Positions 10,659-25,327 are shown, numbered from the stretch's first letter. The stretch: DNA of 64,000 nt from Nitrosomonas sp. (GCF_043753625.1 NZ_JAYUWI010000118.1:4141-68140); one strand, 5' to 3'. A program made the numbers and translations. The notes: a model not told the origin generated them from the letters alone.

Positions 10659-11188
10659 ACTAAACGCCCACGTTTCATGCGGTAGCCTGTTGTTGCAATC
10701 TTCCCCAGTCCCATGCCCCCATGGGCGTGACATATCGCGCAAGCCAAAGCATCTGCCGCATCAGCACTTGGGCTGCCAGCCAGATTAAGTAACCGCATAA
10801 CCATTTCCTGTACTTGATCTTTTTTGGCATGACCATTACCCACTACGGCTTGTTTTATTTGCAACGCAGTATATTCAGCCACGATCAGATCATTCAGCAC
10901 TGCTGCGCAAATAGCCGCGCCACGTGCCTGACCTAGTAATAATGTAGACTTGGGATTGATATTGACAAAAACTTGCTCTATGGCAACGTGCCCGGGTTGA
11001 TATTGCGTGATGACTTCACTTAAATTATTCAGAATTAACTTGAGACGAGAAGGCAATTCACCTTCAAAAGTTTTAACACTGCCACTGCTGACATAGGTTA
11101 AATTACTTCCAATTTTATCGATCACGCCAAAACCGGTATTACGTAACCCAGGGTCTATGCCAAGAATACGGATTTTGTCACCTGCCAA
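10655..11188 (-). CDS. ruvC: Crossover junction endodeoxyribonuclease RuvC
   Basis: ILGIDPG, AIEQVF, LGQARG and DAADALA motifs. Confidence 0.97.
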   Translation of the reverse strand: MAGDKIRILGIDPGLRNTGFGVIDKIGSNLTYVSSGSVKTFEGELPSRLKLILNNLSEVITQYQPGHVAIEQVFVNINPKSTLLLGQARGAAICAAVLNDLIVAEYTALQIKQAVVGNGHAKKDQVQEMVMRLLNLAGSPSADAADALACAICHAHGGMGLGKIATTGYRMKRGRLV

Positions 11189-11196
11189 TATAGCTC

Positions 11197-11922
11197 TTAT
11201 TCATCAAGAATTGCTGTGGTGTATACATTCTGTACATCATCAAGATTTTCCAAAGCATCCAATAATTTTTGCATTTTTACAGCATCATCACCGGTTAATA
11301 CAGCCTCATTGCTTGGTTTCATCGTCACTTCCGCTAACTCAGCCTTAAATCCCGCTTTCTCTAATGCTTCTTTAACGTTTATAAATTCATAAGGATCCGT
11401 AATTACTTCGATACTACTGTCCTCATTACTGATCACATCTTCGGCTCCTCCCTCCAAAGCGACTTCTATGAGCTTATCTTCATCAGTTCCTGGTGCAAAA
11501 ATAAATTGACCACAGTGTCTAAATAAGAAATTGACGGAACCGTCCGTACCCAGATTACCGCCATACTTCGTAAAAGCATGACGTACATCAGCCACAGTAC
11601 GAACACGATTATCTGTCATGCAATCTACCATTACAGCAGCACCCGCTATGCCATAGCCTTCATAACGAATTTCTTCATAATCAGCCCCATCCAGAGTGCC
11701 GCTGCCACGCTTAATCGCACGCTCCACATTGTCCTTCGGCATATTCTGATCGTATGCCTTATCCACCGCCAAGCGTAAGCGTGGATTACTATCTGGATCT
11801 CCGCCACCCATACGGGCAGCCACAGTAATTTCCTTAATAAGCCGAGTAAATACCTTACCGCGTTTAGCGTCTTGTGCGGCTTTTTTGTGTTTGATATTAG
11901 CCCATTTGCTATGACCTGCCAT
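11197..11922 (-). CDS. yebC: YebC/PmpR family protein
   Basis: [14 protein letters not shown] start; conserved position upstream of ruvC. Confidence 0.96.
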   Translation of the reverse strand: MAGHSKWANIKHKKAAQDAKRGKVFTRLIKEITVAARMGGGDPDSNPRLRLAVDKAYDQNMPKDNVERAIKRGSGTLDGADYEEIRYEGYGIAGAAVMVDCMTDNRVRTVADVRHAFTKYGGNLGTDGSVNFLFRHCGQFIFAPGTDEDKLIEVALEGGAEDVISNEDSSIEVITDPYEFINVKEALEKAGFKAELAEVTMKPSNEAVLTGDDAVKMQKLLDALENLDDVQNVYTTAILDE

Positions 11923-12064
11923 TTATCTGCGTCCTCTACGAAAGTAAATTTATATTACCACCCATAGCTTATGGATAAAGTACCAAACTCTAGCAGACAA
12001 TACAACCATCTGTTTCGTATAGCATGTTATCAGTTTTAATAACTCGATCTTTATCAAATCGTAT

Positions 12065-13921
12065 TTATTCCACCGTTACTGCTTTTGCAAGATTCCTTGG
12101 TTTATCAACATCAGTCCCTTTCACTAAGGCAACATGATAAGCCAATAGCTGAAGTGGTATTGTATGAAGAATTGGACTGAGTAAACCAGCATGCTCTGCT
12201 AATCGGATTACATGCAGATTCTCGCCTTGCGCTATCTGAGAATCTGCATCCGCAAACACATAGAGTTCACCACCTCGCGCATGCACTTCTTGCAGGTTCG
12301 ATTTTAGTTTCCCTAATAGCTGGTCATTGGGTGCTATTGCAACAACTGGCATTTCGCTATCTACTAAAGCTAACGGACCATGTTTTAATTCTCCAGCTGC
12401 ATAGGCTTCAGCATGTATATAAGAAATCTCCTTGAGCTTAAGCGCACCTTCCATCGCAACGGGATAATGAACACCGCGTCCAAGAAATAATGCGTGGCGC
12501 TTCTGTGCAAAGCTTTTAGCCCAAATTTTCACTTTCGGTTCGACTTGTAGTGCATGCTGCAGAGCTACCGGCAAATGGCGTAGCGCCATAATCATCCGCT
12601 GTTCATCTTCGATCGATAATTTATGGCGCATCTTTGCTAGTGTCACCGTTAGCAGTAGTAGTGATGCTAATTGCGTAGTAAACGCTTTAGTCGAAGCCAC
12701 GCCAATTTCTGGGCCGGCTCGGGTAAGAAACCGCAAATCAGTTTGCCGGATCAATGCACTTTCCGGCACGTTGCAAATGGCTAAACTGTATTGATGACCC
12801 AATTTCTTCGCATAACTCATTGCCGCTAGAGTGTCTGCAGTTTCTCCCGATTGAGAAATACCAACCACTAAAGTCGTCGGGTCTGCAATGGGGTCCCGAT
12901 AACGATATTCGCTCGCTATTTCAACATTGCATGGCAAACCAGCAACGGATTCCAGCCAATAACGAGCAACCAAGCCTGCGTGATAGCTGGTTCCGCAGGC
13001 CAGTATCAGAATGCCGCTGGTTTTATTAAATACTTTCTCAGCTTCACTACCAAATAAATTGGGTGAAATAGACTGAGCACTAAATACCATTTCAAGCGTA
13101 TTTGCCACAGCACTCGGTTGCTCAAATATTTCCTTTTGCATGAAATGTGCATACGGTCCAATTTCTATTGCTTCACTCGCCAGACTACTTTCATGAACCT
13201 TTCGCTCCACTTCTTGTACTAAAGCGCCATTAAGACAATTGACAATGTGATATCCATTGCATGTCAGTTCAGCGACATCGCCTTCTTCCAGATAAATCAT
13301 ATTCCTGGTTGCTTTTAATAATGCAGATGCATCTGAGGCCGCATAATTCCCGCTTTCACCCAAACCCAGCAATAATGGCGCTCCGTTACGTGCAACAACA
13401 AGCTTCTCAGGTCGGGCTTCCTCCATCACAGCAATTGCGTAAGCACCTTGCAATTCAGCAATAGACTCGCAAACCGCTTTTAATAAATCAGCGGTCCGCT
13501 TAAGATTAAATGCTATGAGATGTGCAATAACTTCGGTATCGGTATCCGATATAAATTCAAATCCTTCCGCCTGTAAGCGTTTGCGCATTACTTCATGGTT
13601 CTCAATTATTCCATTATGCACAATAGCGATTCTAGTATCTGTTCCGGCAGTTCCAGAGAAATGGGGATGTGCATTACGTTCTGATGGCGCTCCATGCGTC
13701 GCCCAGCGCGTATGTGCAATGCCTGCAAGTCCATGTGTTTTCTGTTTAATTGCGAGTTTCTGCAATTCGGTCACGCGATCTGTCGTGCGTAATCTTTGCA
13801 GGCCATTACACGTTACCACCAATCCGGCAGAGTCATACCCTCGGTATTCTAAGCGTAGCAACCCTTCCAACAACATCGGAACGACATTATCATTGGCTAC
13901 TGCACCAACTATTCCGCACAT
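12065..13921 (-). CDS. glmS: Glutamine-fructose-6-phosphate transaminase (start reassigned to ATG 13921)
   Basis: [24 protein letters not shown] and C-terminal [14 protein letters not shown]. Confidence 0.98.
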   Translation of the reverse strand: MCGIVGAVANDNVVPMLLEGLLRLEYRGYDSAGLVVTCNGLQRLRTTDRVTELQKLAIKQKTHGLAGIAHTRWATHGAPSERNAHPHFSGTAGTDTRIAIVHNGIIENHEVMRKRLQAEGFEFISDTDTEVIAHLIAFNLKRTADLLKAVCESIAELQGAYAIAVMEEARPEKLVVARNGAPLLLGLGESGNYAASDASALLKATRNMIYLEEGDVAELTCNGYHIVNCLNGALVQEVERKVHESSLASEAIEIGPYAHFMQKEIFEQPSAVANTLEMVFSAQSISPNLFGSEAEKVFNKTSGILILACGTSYHAGLVARYWLESVAGLPCNVEIASEYRYRDPIADPTTLVVGISQSGETADTLAAMSYAKKLGHQYSLAICNVPESALIRQTDLRFLTRAGPEIGVASTKAFTTQLASLLLLTVTLAKMRHKLSIEDEQRMIMALRHLPVALQHALQVEPKVKIWAKSFAQKRHALFLGRGVHYPVAMEGALKLKEISYIHAEAYAAGELKHGPLALVDSEMPVVAIAPNDQLLGKLKSNLQEVHARGGELYVFADADSQIAQGENLHVIRLAEHAGLLSPILHTIPLQLLAYHVALVKGTDVDKPRNLAKAVTVE

Positions 13922-13982
13922 AGTACATTCTCCTCGCCACTCAAGCTGATAAATCAAAATCTACTGCATCAATAATTCTATT

Positions 13983-15356
13983 CTATACTTTTGGCTTCTG
14001 CGGACGCTTCCAGCCAGCAACACTCAGTTGCTTCGATCTGGATAAAGTAAGCTGACCTTCCGGTGTTTCCTTAGTGATAGTCGATCCAGCTCCGATTGTG
14101 GAACCTTTAGAAATTCTCACTGGCGCAATAAGCTGTGTGTCTGATCCGATAAATACGTCATCTTCTACAATCGTTTGATGCTTATTAGCCCCATCATAAT
14201 TACAAGTAATTGTTCCAGCACCTATATTGACATTCTTTCCTACAATAGAATCACCAATATAGCTTAAATGATTGGCTTTACTTCCCAAAGCGATCTGACT
14301 ATTCTTCACCTCGACAAAATTACCGATATGTACTCTGTTAGAAAGTTTGGTTCCAGGTCGAATTCGTGCATACGGTCCAATCTTGCAGCTTTCACCTATC
14401 TCTGTATCTTCAATCATGCTATACGGTAGTATAGTAGTGCCCGCATCTACCTTTACATTCTTCAATATGCAGTGCGCTCCCACTTTTACAGAATCACCCA
14501 GCTTAACCATTCCTTCAAAAATACAACTAATATCAATTTCAACATCCGATCCGCAAACAAGCTCTCCTCTTATATCAATTCGAGACGGATCTATCAAACC
14601 AACCCCCAGATACAAAAGCTTATCTGCACAGTGCCTTTGATAGATTCGTTCAAGCTCTGCAAGTTGAGACTTATTATTAACGCCCATTACCTCCCAAAGA
14701 TTTTTCGCTTGTGACGATGCGACTTGAATGCCTTGTTTAACTGACAAGGCAATGATATCGGTCAAGTAATATTCATGCTGCGTGTTTTTGTTTTCAATTT
14801 TTGGCAACCAGTTATGTAAATAATCATTGGGTATCAGCATTATGCCGGTATTAATTTCGCGGATCTCTTGTTGCTCAGTATTGGTGTCTTTTTGCTCTAC
14901 AATAGCTTTAATTGCTCTTGTTTCAGGATCGCGCATAATTCTGCCATAACCAAAAGGATTCCCGATCTCTGCAGTTAACAACACGCAATGCTTTTCTTCT
15001 GCTTTCGCTATTAATTTTTGCAATGTTTGAATGCTGATTAATGGCACGTCCCCATACAACACAAGCGTCAAACCATCTCTATCAAGATGCTGTAGTGTTT
15101 GCATTAGTGCATGTCCGGTACCCAATTGTTGCGCTTGCAGAACCCAAGTTAAATCATCGCCGACAATCGATTGCTTTACTATCTCCCCCCCATGTCCGAT
15201 GACAATACAGATTTTATCAGGTGATAGCAATCTGGCCGTGTTAGTAACATGCGTTAGCAATGAGCATCCTGCCAAAGTATGCAATACTTTTGGAAGAGAA
15301 GAGTGCATGCGTTTTCCTTCACCTGCTGCGAGTATTACAACATTAAGTTTAGTCAC
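13983..15356 (-). CDS. glmU: Bifunctional UDP-GlcNAc pyrophosphorylase/acetyltransferase
   Basis: ILAAGEGKRM, QLGTGHA, hexapeptide repeats and GAGTITCNYDG. Confidence 0.98.
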   Translation of the reverse strand: MTKLNVVILAAGEGKRMHSSLPKVLHTLAGCSLLTHVTNTARLLSPDKICIVIGHGGEIVKQSIVGDDLTWVLQAQQLGTGHALMQTLQHLDRDGLTLVLYGDVPLISIQTLQKLIAKAEEKHCVLLTAEIGNPFGYGRIMRDPETRAIKAIVEQKDTNTEQQEIREINTGIMLIPNDYLHNWLPKIENKNTQHEYYLTDIIALSVKQGIQVASSQAKNLWEVMGVNNKSQLAELERIYQRHCADKLLYLGVGLIDPSRIDIRGELVCGSDVEIDISCIFEGMVKLGDSVKVGAHCILKNVKVDAGTTILPYSMIEDTEIGESCKIGPYARIRPGTKLSNRVHIGNFVEVKNSQIALGSKANHLSYIGDSIVGKNVNIGAGTITCNYDGANKHQTIVEDDVFIGSDTQLIAPVRISKGSTIGAGSTITKETPEGQLTLSRSKQLSVAGWKRPQKPKV

Positions 15357-15555
15357 AATATTGAACTCCCTTTTTGGTTTTAAGTATATTCAATTCGACT
15401 CAATCAACTGTAATGAATATACACCCTTCATTTATAAGGAACATAGTGTAAGGATATGATAGGAGTAAATTTTGTTCGCTCAATACTTTATCATTTATTA
15501 AGCGAACCATAGATATTTGGTTGAAAAAATCAGCCAAAATTCAGACAACAGAAAC

Positions 15556-15584
15556 AAAAAAGGCGACATACGTCGCCTTTTTTT
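15556..15584. terminator. Intrinsic terminator after the atp operon
   Basis: AAAAAAGGCGAC-ATAC-GTCGCCTTTTTTT. Confidence 0.85.
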
Positions 15585-15599
15585 CTTTCAGTATCTTAA

Positions 15600-16022
15600 T
15601 TAGTGTCTACGTTTTCTTAGTTTATCAATTGCGGCCAATTGCGCCATGGCTTCGATTAATTCTGCCTGGGCTCTCGCATAATCCAACTCAGACTCTTTGT
15701 TCTTCATAGCCTCTTCTGCTGCTCGTTTTGCTTCGATCGCCTTGGCTTCATCAAGATCATGACTGCGCACCGCAGTATCTGCCAGTATAGTAACAATATC
15801 AGGCTGAACTTCTAACATGCCTCCAGACACGTATATCAGTTCTTCTTCTTTTAATTGTGCTTTGATACGCACCATTCCAGATTTAATTCTTGTCAACATC
15901 GGAGTATGACGTGGGTAAATACCTACTTCACCCATTTGTGCTGGTGCAACTAAAAATTCCACTGGACCGGAATAAATAGATTCTTCAGCACTAACGATAT
16001 CAAGATGAAAAATAGCGCCCAT
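15600..16022 (-). CDS. atpC: ATP synthase F1 epsilon
   Basis: [11 protein letters not shown] and SGGMLEVQP; last atp gene. Confidence 0.96.
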   Translation of the reverse strand: MGAIFHLDIVSAEESIYSGPVEFLVAPAQMGEVGIYPRHTPMLTRIKSGMVRIKAQLKEEELIYVSGGMLEVQPDIVTILADTAVRSHDLDEAKAIEAKRAAEEAMKNKESELDYARAQAELIEAMAQLAAIDKLRKRRH

Positions 16023-16039
16023 TGATATTTTCTCTCAAT

Positions 16040-17428
<1,389 letters not shown>

Positions 17429-17450
17429 CTAACTAAATACTAAAAATGTT

Positions 17451-18335
17451 TTAAACAGCCGCCGCGCCGCCGACAATTTCCGACAATTCCTTGGTAATTG
17501 CCGCTTGTCGAGATTTGTTGTAAATCAATGTCAACTCATCAATGACACTTCCTGCATTATCAGATGCCGCTTTCATCGCCACCATTCTCGCAGACTGCTC
17601 GGATGCCATGTTCTCAGTGACAGCCTGATATATCAACGCTTCGACATAACGTACCATAATATCGTCTATAACAGGCTTGGCTTCAGGTTCATAAATATAA
17701 TCCCATGTAGCTTTTGGTTTACCGCTAGTTTGCTCTTCTTTCTGCATACGCTCATCGGTCAATGGCAGCAACTGTTCCATCACAGGTTCTTGCTTCATAG
17801 TATTGATAAAGCGATTATAAAAAACATACACTCGATCGAATTGATCTTGTGTATATCCATCCAATACCACTTTAACCGCGCCTATAAGTTTTACCATATC
17901 TGGCGTATCCCCTAGCCCTATTACCTGTGCCGTGACATTTGCACCAATTCGGCTCATAAAGCCCAGGCCTTTATTGCCTATGCAGCAAACTTCGATTTGT
18001 TCACCATCTGCCTGCCATGCCTTCATTTGATTAATAGCTTTACGTAGAACATTAGTGTTCAAACCACCACAAAGCCCTTTATCTGAAGTCACTATAATAA
18101 TGCCAATACGTTTTACCGTATCCCGCTCTATCAAAAATGGATGCCGATATTCTGTGTTTGCCCGACTCATATGTGCTGCGACATTACGTATTTTTTCGCC
18201 ATAAGGTCGCGCTTTTTTCATACGATCTTGCGCTTTACGCATTTTAGAAGCCGCCACCATTTCCATGGCGCGCGTAATCTTTTGCGTATTCTTTACACTT
18301 TTTATCTTATTTCGTACTTCTCTGCTGCCAGCCAT
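17451..18335 (-). CDS. atpG: ATP synthase F1 gamma
   Basis: [20 protein letters not shown] and RQAAITKEL. Confidence 0.98.
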   Translation of the reverse strand: MAGSREVRNKIKSVKNTQKITRAMEMVAASKMRKAQDRMKKARPYGEKIRNVAAHMSRANTEYRHPFLIERDTVKRIGIIIVTSDKGLCGGLNTNVLRKAINQMKAWQADGEQIEVCCIGNKGLGFMSRIGANVTAQVIGLGDTPDMVKLIGAVKVVLDGYTQDQFDRVYVFYNRFINTMKQEPVMEQLLPLTDERMQKEEQTSGKPKATWDYIYEPEAKPVIDDIMVRYVEALIYQAVTENMASEQSARMVAMKAASDNAGSVIDELTLIYNKSRQAAITKELSEIVGGAAAV

Positions 18336-18337
18336 TA

Positions 18338-19879
18338 TTAATATGTTCCGTTTTGCTTGAATTCTTTGATTGCAGCGGTCAAATCCTTCTCTGTTTCCGC
18401 GTCTAGTTCTTTAGTATTCTCAATCTTATCAAGAATAGTTCCATGCTGATTACGTATATAACTCTTCAGCGCAGATTCAAATGCCAATGCCCGCTTCACT
18501 TCAACATCATCAAAATAACCATTATTAATAGCAAACAAAGTTAGCGCCATCTCAGAAACACTGAGTGTTGCATACTGCGATTGCTTCATCAATTCAGTAG
18601 CCATTTTTCCACGCTCAAGCTGTTTACGTGTCGCCTCATCCAAATCGGATGCGAATTGGGCAAAGGCAGCCAATTCACGATATTGCGCTAATGCCAGACG
18701 TATGCCGCCACCTAATTTCTTAATAACCTTAGTTTGTGCCGCGCCACCAACCCGCGAAACGGACACACCCGCATTAATTGCTGGGCGAATGCCCGCATTA
18801 AACAAGTCTGTCTCCAAAAATATTTGTCCATCTGTGATTGAAATCACATTGGTTGGCACGAAAGCCGTCACGTCACCAGCCTGCGTTTCAATAATTGGCA
18901 AAGCAGTCAGTGACCCAGTCTTACCCTTTACTGCGCCTGCAGTAGCCTTTTCAACATATGCGACACTGACCCTCGCCGCTCTTTCAAGTAACCGTGAATG
19001 AAGATAAAACACATCACCTGGATATGCTTCACGACCTGGCGGACGTCTTAATAACAATGAAATTTGTCTATATGCCCATGCCTGTTTCGTTAAGTCATCA
19101 TAAACAATCAACGCATCCTGACCTTTATCTCGGAAATACTCACCCATCGTGCATCCAGAATAAGGTGCAATAAATTGCATTGCCGCAGATTCTGACGCGG
19201 TTGCTGCCACTACAATGGTATATTCCATTGCGCCATGTTCTTCCAGTTTACGTACCACGTTTGCTATCGAAGAAGCCTTCTGTCCGATCGCAACATAAAT
19301 ACAGAACATGTTTTGACCTTTCTGATTAATGATCGCATCAATAGCTACCGCGGTTTTCCCTGTCTGACGATCGCCGATAATCAATTCACGCTGTCCACGT
19401 CCAACCGGCACCATCGAATCTACCGATTTCAAACCTGTCTGAACTGGTTGATCGACAGATTGACGCCAAATCACACCCGGCGCTATTTTTTCGATGGGTT
19501 CAGACCTTACTGCTGTAATTGGTCCTTTCCCATCTATAGGTTGCCCCAGTGAATTCACAACACGGCCCAACAATCCTTCTCCAACAGGCACTTCGAGAAT
19601 ACGTCCAGTACATTTAACTGTATCACCCTCGCAGATATGCTCATATGCGCCCATAATAACTGCGCCTACTGAATCTCGCTCAAGATTCAGCGCCAAACCG
19701 AAGGTATTACCGGGAAATTCCAACATTTCACCTTGCATTACATCTGACAAACCGTGAATACGCACAATACCGTCCGTTACAGAAACAATAGTTCCTTGCG
19801 TCCGGACTTCTGCTGTATCAACAAGTCCTTCAATCCTTTTTTTAATCAGTTCACTGATTTCGGATGGATTTAACTGCAT
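18338..19879 (-). CDS. atpA: ATP synthase F1 alpha
   Basis: GDRQTGKT and [21 protein letters not shown]. Confidence 0.99.
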   Translation of the reverse strand: MQLNPSEISELIKKRIEGLVDTAEVRTQGTIVSVTDGIVRIHGLSDVMQGEMLEFPGNTFGLALNLERDSVGAVIMGAYEHICEGDTVKCTGRILEVPVGEGLLGRVVNSLGQPIDGKGPITAVRSEPIEKIAPGVIWRQSVDQPVQTGLKSVDSMVPVGRGQRELIIGDRQTGKTAVAIDAIINQKGQNMFCIYVAIGQKASSIANVVRKLEEHGAMEYTIVVAATASESAAMQFIAPYSGCTMGEYFRDKGQDALIVYDDLTKQAWAYRQISLLLRRPPGREAYPGDVFYLHSRLLERAARVSVAYVEKATAGAVKGKTGSLTALPIIETQAGDVTAFVPTNVISITDGQIFLETDLFNAGIRPAINAGVSVSRVGGAAQTKVIKKLGGGIRLALAQYRELAAFAQFASDLDEATRKQLERGKMATELMKQSQYATLSVSEMALTLFAINNGYFDDVEVKRALAFESALKSYIRNQHGTILDKIENTKELDAETEKDLTAAIKEFKQNGTY

Positions 19880-19891
19880 TTCATTTAACTC

Positions 19892-20428
19892 CTAGCTTTT
19901 AAGGGCAATGGCCATGGCTTCAAGTTTACCGCGAACTGAGGCATCAAGAATCTCATCGCCAATTTCAACTTTAATTCCACCTATTAATTCCGGATCTACA
20001 CTTACTTGTGCCTCTATCTTGCGCTTAAATTTTTTCTCGAGATCATCGATTAGTTTTTTCAGTTGCTTACTTTCCATTGCAAACGCGCTCACAATTTTCG
20101 CATCCAACACACCTTCGTGCTGTGCTTTTAATTGTTCAAATAATAGGTCAATCTGAGGCAGCACTGTTATTCGTTTATTTTCTGCCAATAGCATCATCAG
20201 ATTACGCGCCTCAGAATCAAATTTATTTCGCCCAATCTCCAGAAATAATTCTCCGAGCTGCTTTGCAGAAACCACAGGATTGCCAATGAGCAGCTTTACG
20301 TGCTCATCTTCTGCAATCTCTACCGCAAACCGTAACATTTTTGACCACTGGTCCAAATTATCACTAGCAACTGCCAGCTTATATACAGCCTCTGCATAAG
20401 GTCTTGCAACTGTAATCGCTTCAGCCAT
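19892..20428 (-). CDS. atpH: ATP synthase delta
   Basis: TVARPYAEA and LIGGIKVEIGDEILDAS. Confidence 0.96.
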   Translation of the reverse strand: MAEAITVARPYAEAVYKLAVASDNLDQWSKMLRFAVEIAEDEHVKLLIGNPVVSAKQLGELFLEIGRNKFDSEARNLMMLLAENKRITVLPQIDLLFEQLKAQHEGVLDAKIVSAFAMESKQLKKLIDDLEKKFKRKIEAQVSVDPELIGGIKVEIGDEILDASVRGKLEAMAIALKS

Positions 20429-20901
20429 TATTTCAAATCTTCCCCAATAGAAGTAAGCATATCAGCATGCGCTTTAGCATCGACTTCACGTCGTAGAATC
20501 TTAGCTGCACCAGCGACAGCTAATTCAGCAACATGCTGACGCAGCGCCTCTTTAGCACTAAATACCTCATGTTCTATATCTGCCTTTGCACCAAGAATTA
20601 TACGATCACCTTCTTCTTTCGCTGTTCTTTTCGACTCTTCAACAATTTCTGAAGCTCGTTTCTCAGCCTGCAAAATTATTTCTGAGGCACGCTGCTTGGC
20701 TTCTTTCAATACATCAGAAGAGCGTTGACTTGCCAACTCTAATTCATGACGTCCGCGCTCACCTGCAGCCAATCCATCAGCAATAGTTTTTTGACGCTCT
20801 TCAATTGCACGCAATAACGGCGGCCATACAAATTTAACAGTGAACCAAATAAATATTGAAAAGGCTACCGCCTGAGAAATTAAAGTAAAGTTAATATTCA
20901 T
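20428..20901 (-). CDS. atpF: ATP synthase F0 b
   Basis: MNINFTLISQ, KFVWPPL and a coiled-coil body. Confidence 0.96.
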   Translation of the reverse strand: MNINFTLISQAVAFSIFIWFTVKFVWPPLLRAIEERQKTIADGLAAGERGRHELELASQRSSDVLKEAKQRASEIILQAEKRASEIVEESKRTAKEEGDRIILGAKADIEHEVFSAKEALRQHVAELAVAGAAKILRREVDAKAHADMLTSIGEDLK

Positions 20902-20941
20902 GACAAGCCTGTAATATCTGATCTATCCAGCAATAACATTA

Positions 20942-21229
<288 letters not shown>

Positions 21230-21270
21230 TTAAAGATTAAAAATATACTACAAAAATAAAGCTTATGAAT

Positions 21271-22092
<822 letters not shown>

Positions 22093-22109
22093 CTACCATT
22101 AAATTTATC

Positions 22110-22484
22110 TTATTTTGTATCATCTGATACAAATAACGCCATGCTATAAACTAATACATTTAGGATAAATGTTCCAATAAATGCAAATGCATTTACATCC
22201 TCATAATTTTTAAACACCAACCATAACAAGCTTACAGTCAATATTATTTTTACTGCTTCAGCCCTTAATGCGGTTCTGATAGTCCCTTCAGCAGTATACC
22301 CTTTGTGCCGGGATATAATTAATGCAAATGCCGCCGAGGACATAACACTCACTGACCCACCAAGCACCGCTGATACCGTACCATGCATACCCAGGAAAAA
22401 CCAGATAACAAATGCTGCTATTAATGTAGCAAGCAATTGCAAGCGTAGAACAATATTGAGCGGTCTATTTTTTATCCAAGACAT
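22110..22484 (-). CDS. atpI: ATP synthase protein I
   Basis: Four-TM hydrophobic protein directly upstream of atpB; AEAVKI motif. Confidence 0.88.
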   Translation of the reverse strand: MSWIKNRPLNIVLRLQLLATLIAAFVIWFFLGMHGTVSAVLGGSVSVMSSAAFALIISRHKGYTAEGTIRTALRAEAVKIILTVSLLWLVFKNYEDVNAFAFIGTFILNVLVYSMALFVSDDTK

Positions 22485-22634
22485 GCTTTCTACCCGTCCT
22501 TGGAACAGACAGCGTTACCTACGCTTAAAAAAGGCGTCACTATAGCTGAACCACTCTACTCAGTCAATGTAAAATTCTGATCTATCAAACCATAACTACT
22601 ATCAAAATATTATCTGTGGTGTTAAGTCAAGCTC

Positions 22635-23813
22635 TCATAACCTTTCAAATATTGCGGCGACTCCTTGACCGCCGCCTATACACATGGTTACCAGGGCATA
22701 TCTACCGCCACAACGATGCAATTCATAAATAGCCTTAATCGTCAAGATACTGCCAGTTGCCCCGATAGGATGGCCCAACGCAACAGCACCACCATTCGGA
22801 TTGGTTTTTTCCGGATCAAATTGTAGCTCTTTTGCTACAACACACGCCTGTACAGCGAAGGCTTCGTTGGATTCAATGACATCAAGATCCGTTATTTTAA
22901 GATTTGCGCGCCGCAAAGCATTCTGAACAGCCGGTATCGGCCCGATGCCCATAAATTTTGGATCAACCCCGGCATGACCATAAGAAACCAATCGCGCCAA
23001 CGGTTTCAAGTCGCATTTCTGTGCTGCTTTACTTTCCATGAGCACCAATGCAGCGGCGCTATCATTAATACCGGAGGCATTGCCTGCTGTTACGGTGCCA
23101 TCTTTTTGGAAAACAGGACGAAGCTTAGCCAAAGTCTCCATACTTGTGTTTTCACGGGGATGCTCGTCAGTATCAAAAAGGATTTTTTCTTTATGTGTCG
23201 TTATTTCAATAGGCAATATTTGCTCTTTAAAATAACCATTTCTTATCGCATGCCGGGCACGGCGATGACTCTCTGCCGCAAATGCATCTTGTACTTCACG
23301 GCTGATTTGCCATTTAGCGGCAATATTTTCGGCAGTAATGCCCATATGTACGTTATCGAATGGATCGGTCAATGCTCCGATCATCATATCCACCGTACTC
23401 CCGTCATTCATGCGCTGCCCCCACCGCAAAGCAGGTAACAAATAGCCTCCCCGGCTCATGGATTCAGCTCCACCGGCGACTGCCACATCGGTGTCATTCA
23501 GCAGAATATTTTGACTCGCCGATATGATCGCTTGTAGACCGCTTCCACATAGCCGATTCACTGTCAATGCGGAAGTATGCTGCGGTAAGCCGCCATTGAC
23601 ACAAGCAACGCGCGCTAAATACATATCGCGGGATTCTCCATGTATCACGTTGCCAAAAACCAAGTGTCCAACTTTATCTGGATTAATTCCAGCGCGCAAC
23701 ACCGCTTCATGCACTACCTTTGCCGCCAAATCTGCTGGAGCAACCTGTTTAAGTGCGCCACCATAGTCACCAATAGCCGTGCGTACGCCACTTAGAATAA
23801 CAACATCCCTCAT
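22635..23813 (-). CDS. Acetyl-CoA C-acyltransferase (thiolase, BktB-like)
   Basis: TVNRLCGSG, ESNEAFA, GHPIGATG and CIGGGQG. Confidence 0.93.
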   Translation of the reverse strand: MRDVVILSGVRTAIGDYGGALKQVAPADLAAKVVHEAVLRAGINPDKVGHLVFGNVIHGESRDMYLARVACVNGGLPQHTSALTVNRLCGSGLQAIISASQNILLNDTDVAVAGGAESMSRGGYLLPALRWGQRMNDGSTVDMMIGALTDPFDNVHMGITAENIAAKWQISREVQDAFAAESHRRARHAIRNGYFKEQILPIEITTHKEKILFDTDEHPRENTSMETLAKLRPVFQKDGTVTAGNASGINDSAAALVLMESKAAQKCDLKPLARLVSYGHAGVDPKFMGIGPIPAVQNALRRANLKITDLDVIESNEAFAVQACVVAKELQFDPEKTNPNGGAVALGHPIGATGSILTIKAIYELHRCGGRYALVTMCIGGGQGVAAIFERL

Positions 23814-24153
23814 GTATTTTCCTTTATTGATACCTATGGAGCAGCTTTGCGAGATATGAAGATATCCTTAACACTATGTTATTACATAGAATCTTCTAAT
23901 TGATGCATGCAGCGAGTTTATCCCAATTAGGTAGAAGATTATTTGTTGAATAATATTTATTTACAGAATGAAAACTGGTTTTTGATTTGTTATTTTTCGA
24001 CACAATTATTTGATCGGGATCGGCCAAACTGGAATCAAAAGATGATGATCAGTGCAATTATTAATACGGTTAAGGCTTTATGCTATGGATCATTCAACCA
24101 TGCATATCTGCAAAAACACCCAATCTTTCATTTTTGAAAAGGAGCGCTGCTTC

Positions 24154-24193
24154 ATTGAGAAGACAATCCGTACTAACAAATTGTCTTCTCAAT
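24154..24193. terminator. 14-bp perfect hairpin just downstream of the cytochrome c'-beta gene
   Basis: ATTGAGAAGACAAT-N12-ATTGTCTTCTCAAT; no adjacent U-tract, so the terminator role is uncertain. Confidence 0.55.
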
Positions 24194-24206
24194 TCATGTG
24201 GATTTA

Positions 24207-24728
24207 TTATTTTTTCACGAAATCAACCAATTTCTGATAAGTGAACAAGTAATCCTGAGCTTGTAGTGGTGTATGGCATTGCACGCAATTCAAATCATTA
24301 CTTTTTGCAGTACCATCCGGATTGTAAACAGCAAATCCCCAGTCACCAGTACGATTTTCCTTTGGAAAAGCGGCATCCCAATTATTTCTCTTTTCCATCA
24401 CAGCAACTGCTGACAGCGAATCAATTTCAAAGGTACCGTCACTACCTGCAATCGGCTTGCCATTCGCATCTTTTTTTGGCGTATATATTTCCATAATCAT
24501 GACAGCACCGGAAGCGCTCATATTTCCTTGTGTATAACTAGAAATCGCAACTTCGTTGGCATACAACTTGGCAACTTGTGTCTGATTCGCGCGATTCATA
24601 GTTGCATACTTTGTAAAGGTTTTTTCATAACCTTCTGGAAATTTAACATGTTCAGGATCTCCACCCGCATGGGCGTAAAGCGGAGCTATGACAAGTACTG
24701 CGGCAACTGCTTTCAAAGTAAACTTCAT
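24207..24728 (-). CDS. cytS: Cytochrome P460-superfamily protein, cytochrome c'-beta (Met variant); start reassigned to ATG 24728
   Basis: Signal peptide, V-x-FP-x-GY N-terminus, GDWGFAVY, single C-terminal CVQCH heme motif, and GAVMIMEIY with Met at the P460 cross-link Lys position. Confidence 0.8.
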   Translation of the reverse strand: MKFTLKAVAAVLVIAPLYAHAGGDPEHVKFPEGYEKTFTKYATMNRANQTQVAKLYANEVAISSYTQGNMSASGAVMIMEIYTPKKDANGKPIAGSDGTFEIDSLSAVAVMEKRNNWDAAFPKENRTGDWGFAVYNPDGTAKSNDLNCVQCHTPLQAQDYLFTYQKLVDFVKK

Positions 24729-24822
24729 ATTTTTCTCCTTCTTAGAATGATGTTTCTGGATTTGGACTACTATCATACCGCATTCGATGAATATTGATGA
24801 TCGGGTTACTATTTTCGTCCTG

Positions 24823-25188
24823 TTATTTAGCAAGATCAAGGACCAGCGTGACAGACAAGTAAATGACCAACAACGCAAGTGCCAAATGGATCGTAAAATG
24901 CACAGGATTTTGCATAACCGCATCTATGAAGGTTTTATTCTTTCCTTCCCGTTTTAAGCGAGCATAATCTTCCCGCATTCTGACCGTTCGTTCATCTTGA
25001 TAAGCATTGAGTAATGCTTTCGCCTTCTCAAACTGATCATCATCGCTGAGCCATATTGCCGGCATTGACACACCCCAGTTACCCGACGATGTTTCATAAA
25101 AATCAATCGCATTGTTGGCTAACAATTCGCGCACATCATTCGTTTCATCATCGGATACGCCATTAAGGCGGAATAAAATTTTTGCCAT
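24823..25188 (-). CDS. Conserved hypothetical membrane protein (DUF6164/DUF2007-like)
   Basis: LFRLNGV-x-DDE, IDFYET-x-x-GNWG-x-SMPAIW and a C-terminal TM helix. Confidence 0.65.
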   Translation of the reverse strand: MAKILFRLNGVSDDETNDVRELLANNAIDFYETSSGNWGVSMPAIWLSDDDQFEKAKALLNAYQDERTVRMREDYARLKREGKNKTFIDAVMQNPVHFTIHLALALLVIYLSVTLVLDLAK

Positions 25189-25327
25189 AAACAGTCTTTT
25201 CTTATGTTATTTTCTACTATCGAAAGGTTTGTATCGCTAATTGATGCTATCTTTGCATCGAATCTATTGTCAAGTTATGAAAAATAGCCAATACAAAAAT
25301 TACACATCCACAGGTTAATCTGAGCAA

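Noticed and set aside
23943-24237. Short + strand ORFs between the thiolase and cytS genes
   Set aside because: No motifs or clear RBS; they overlap the cytS downstream hairpin.
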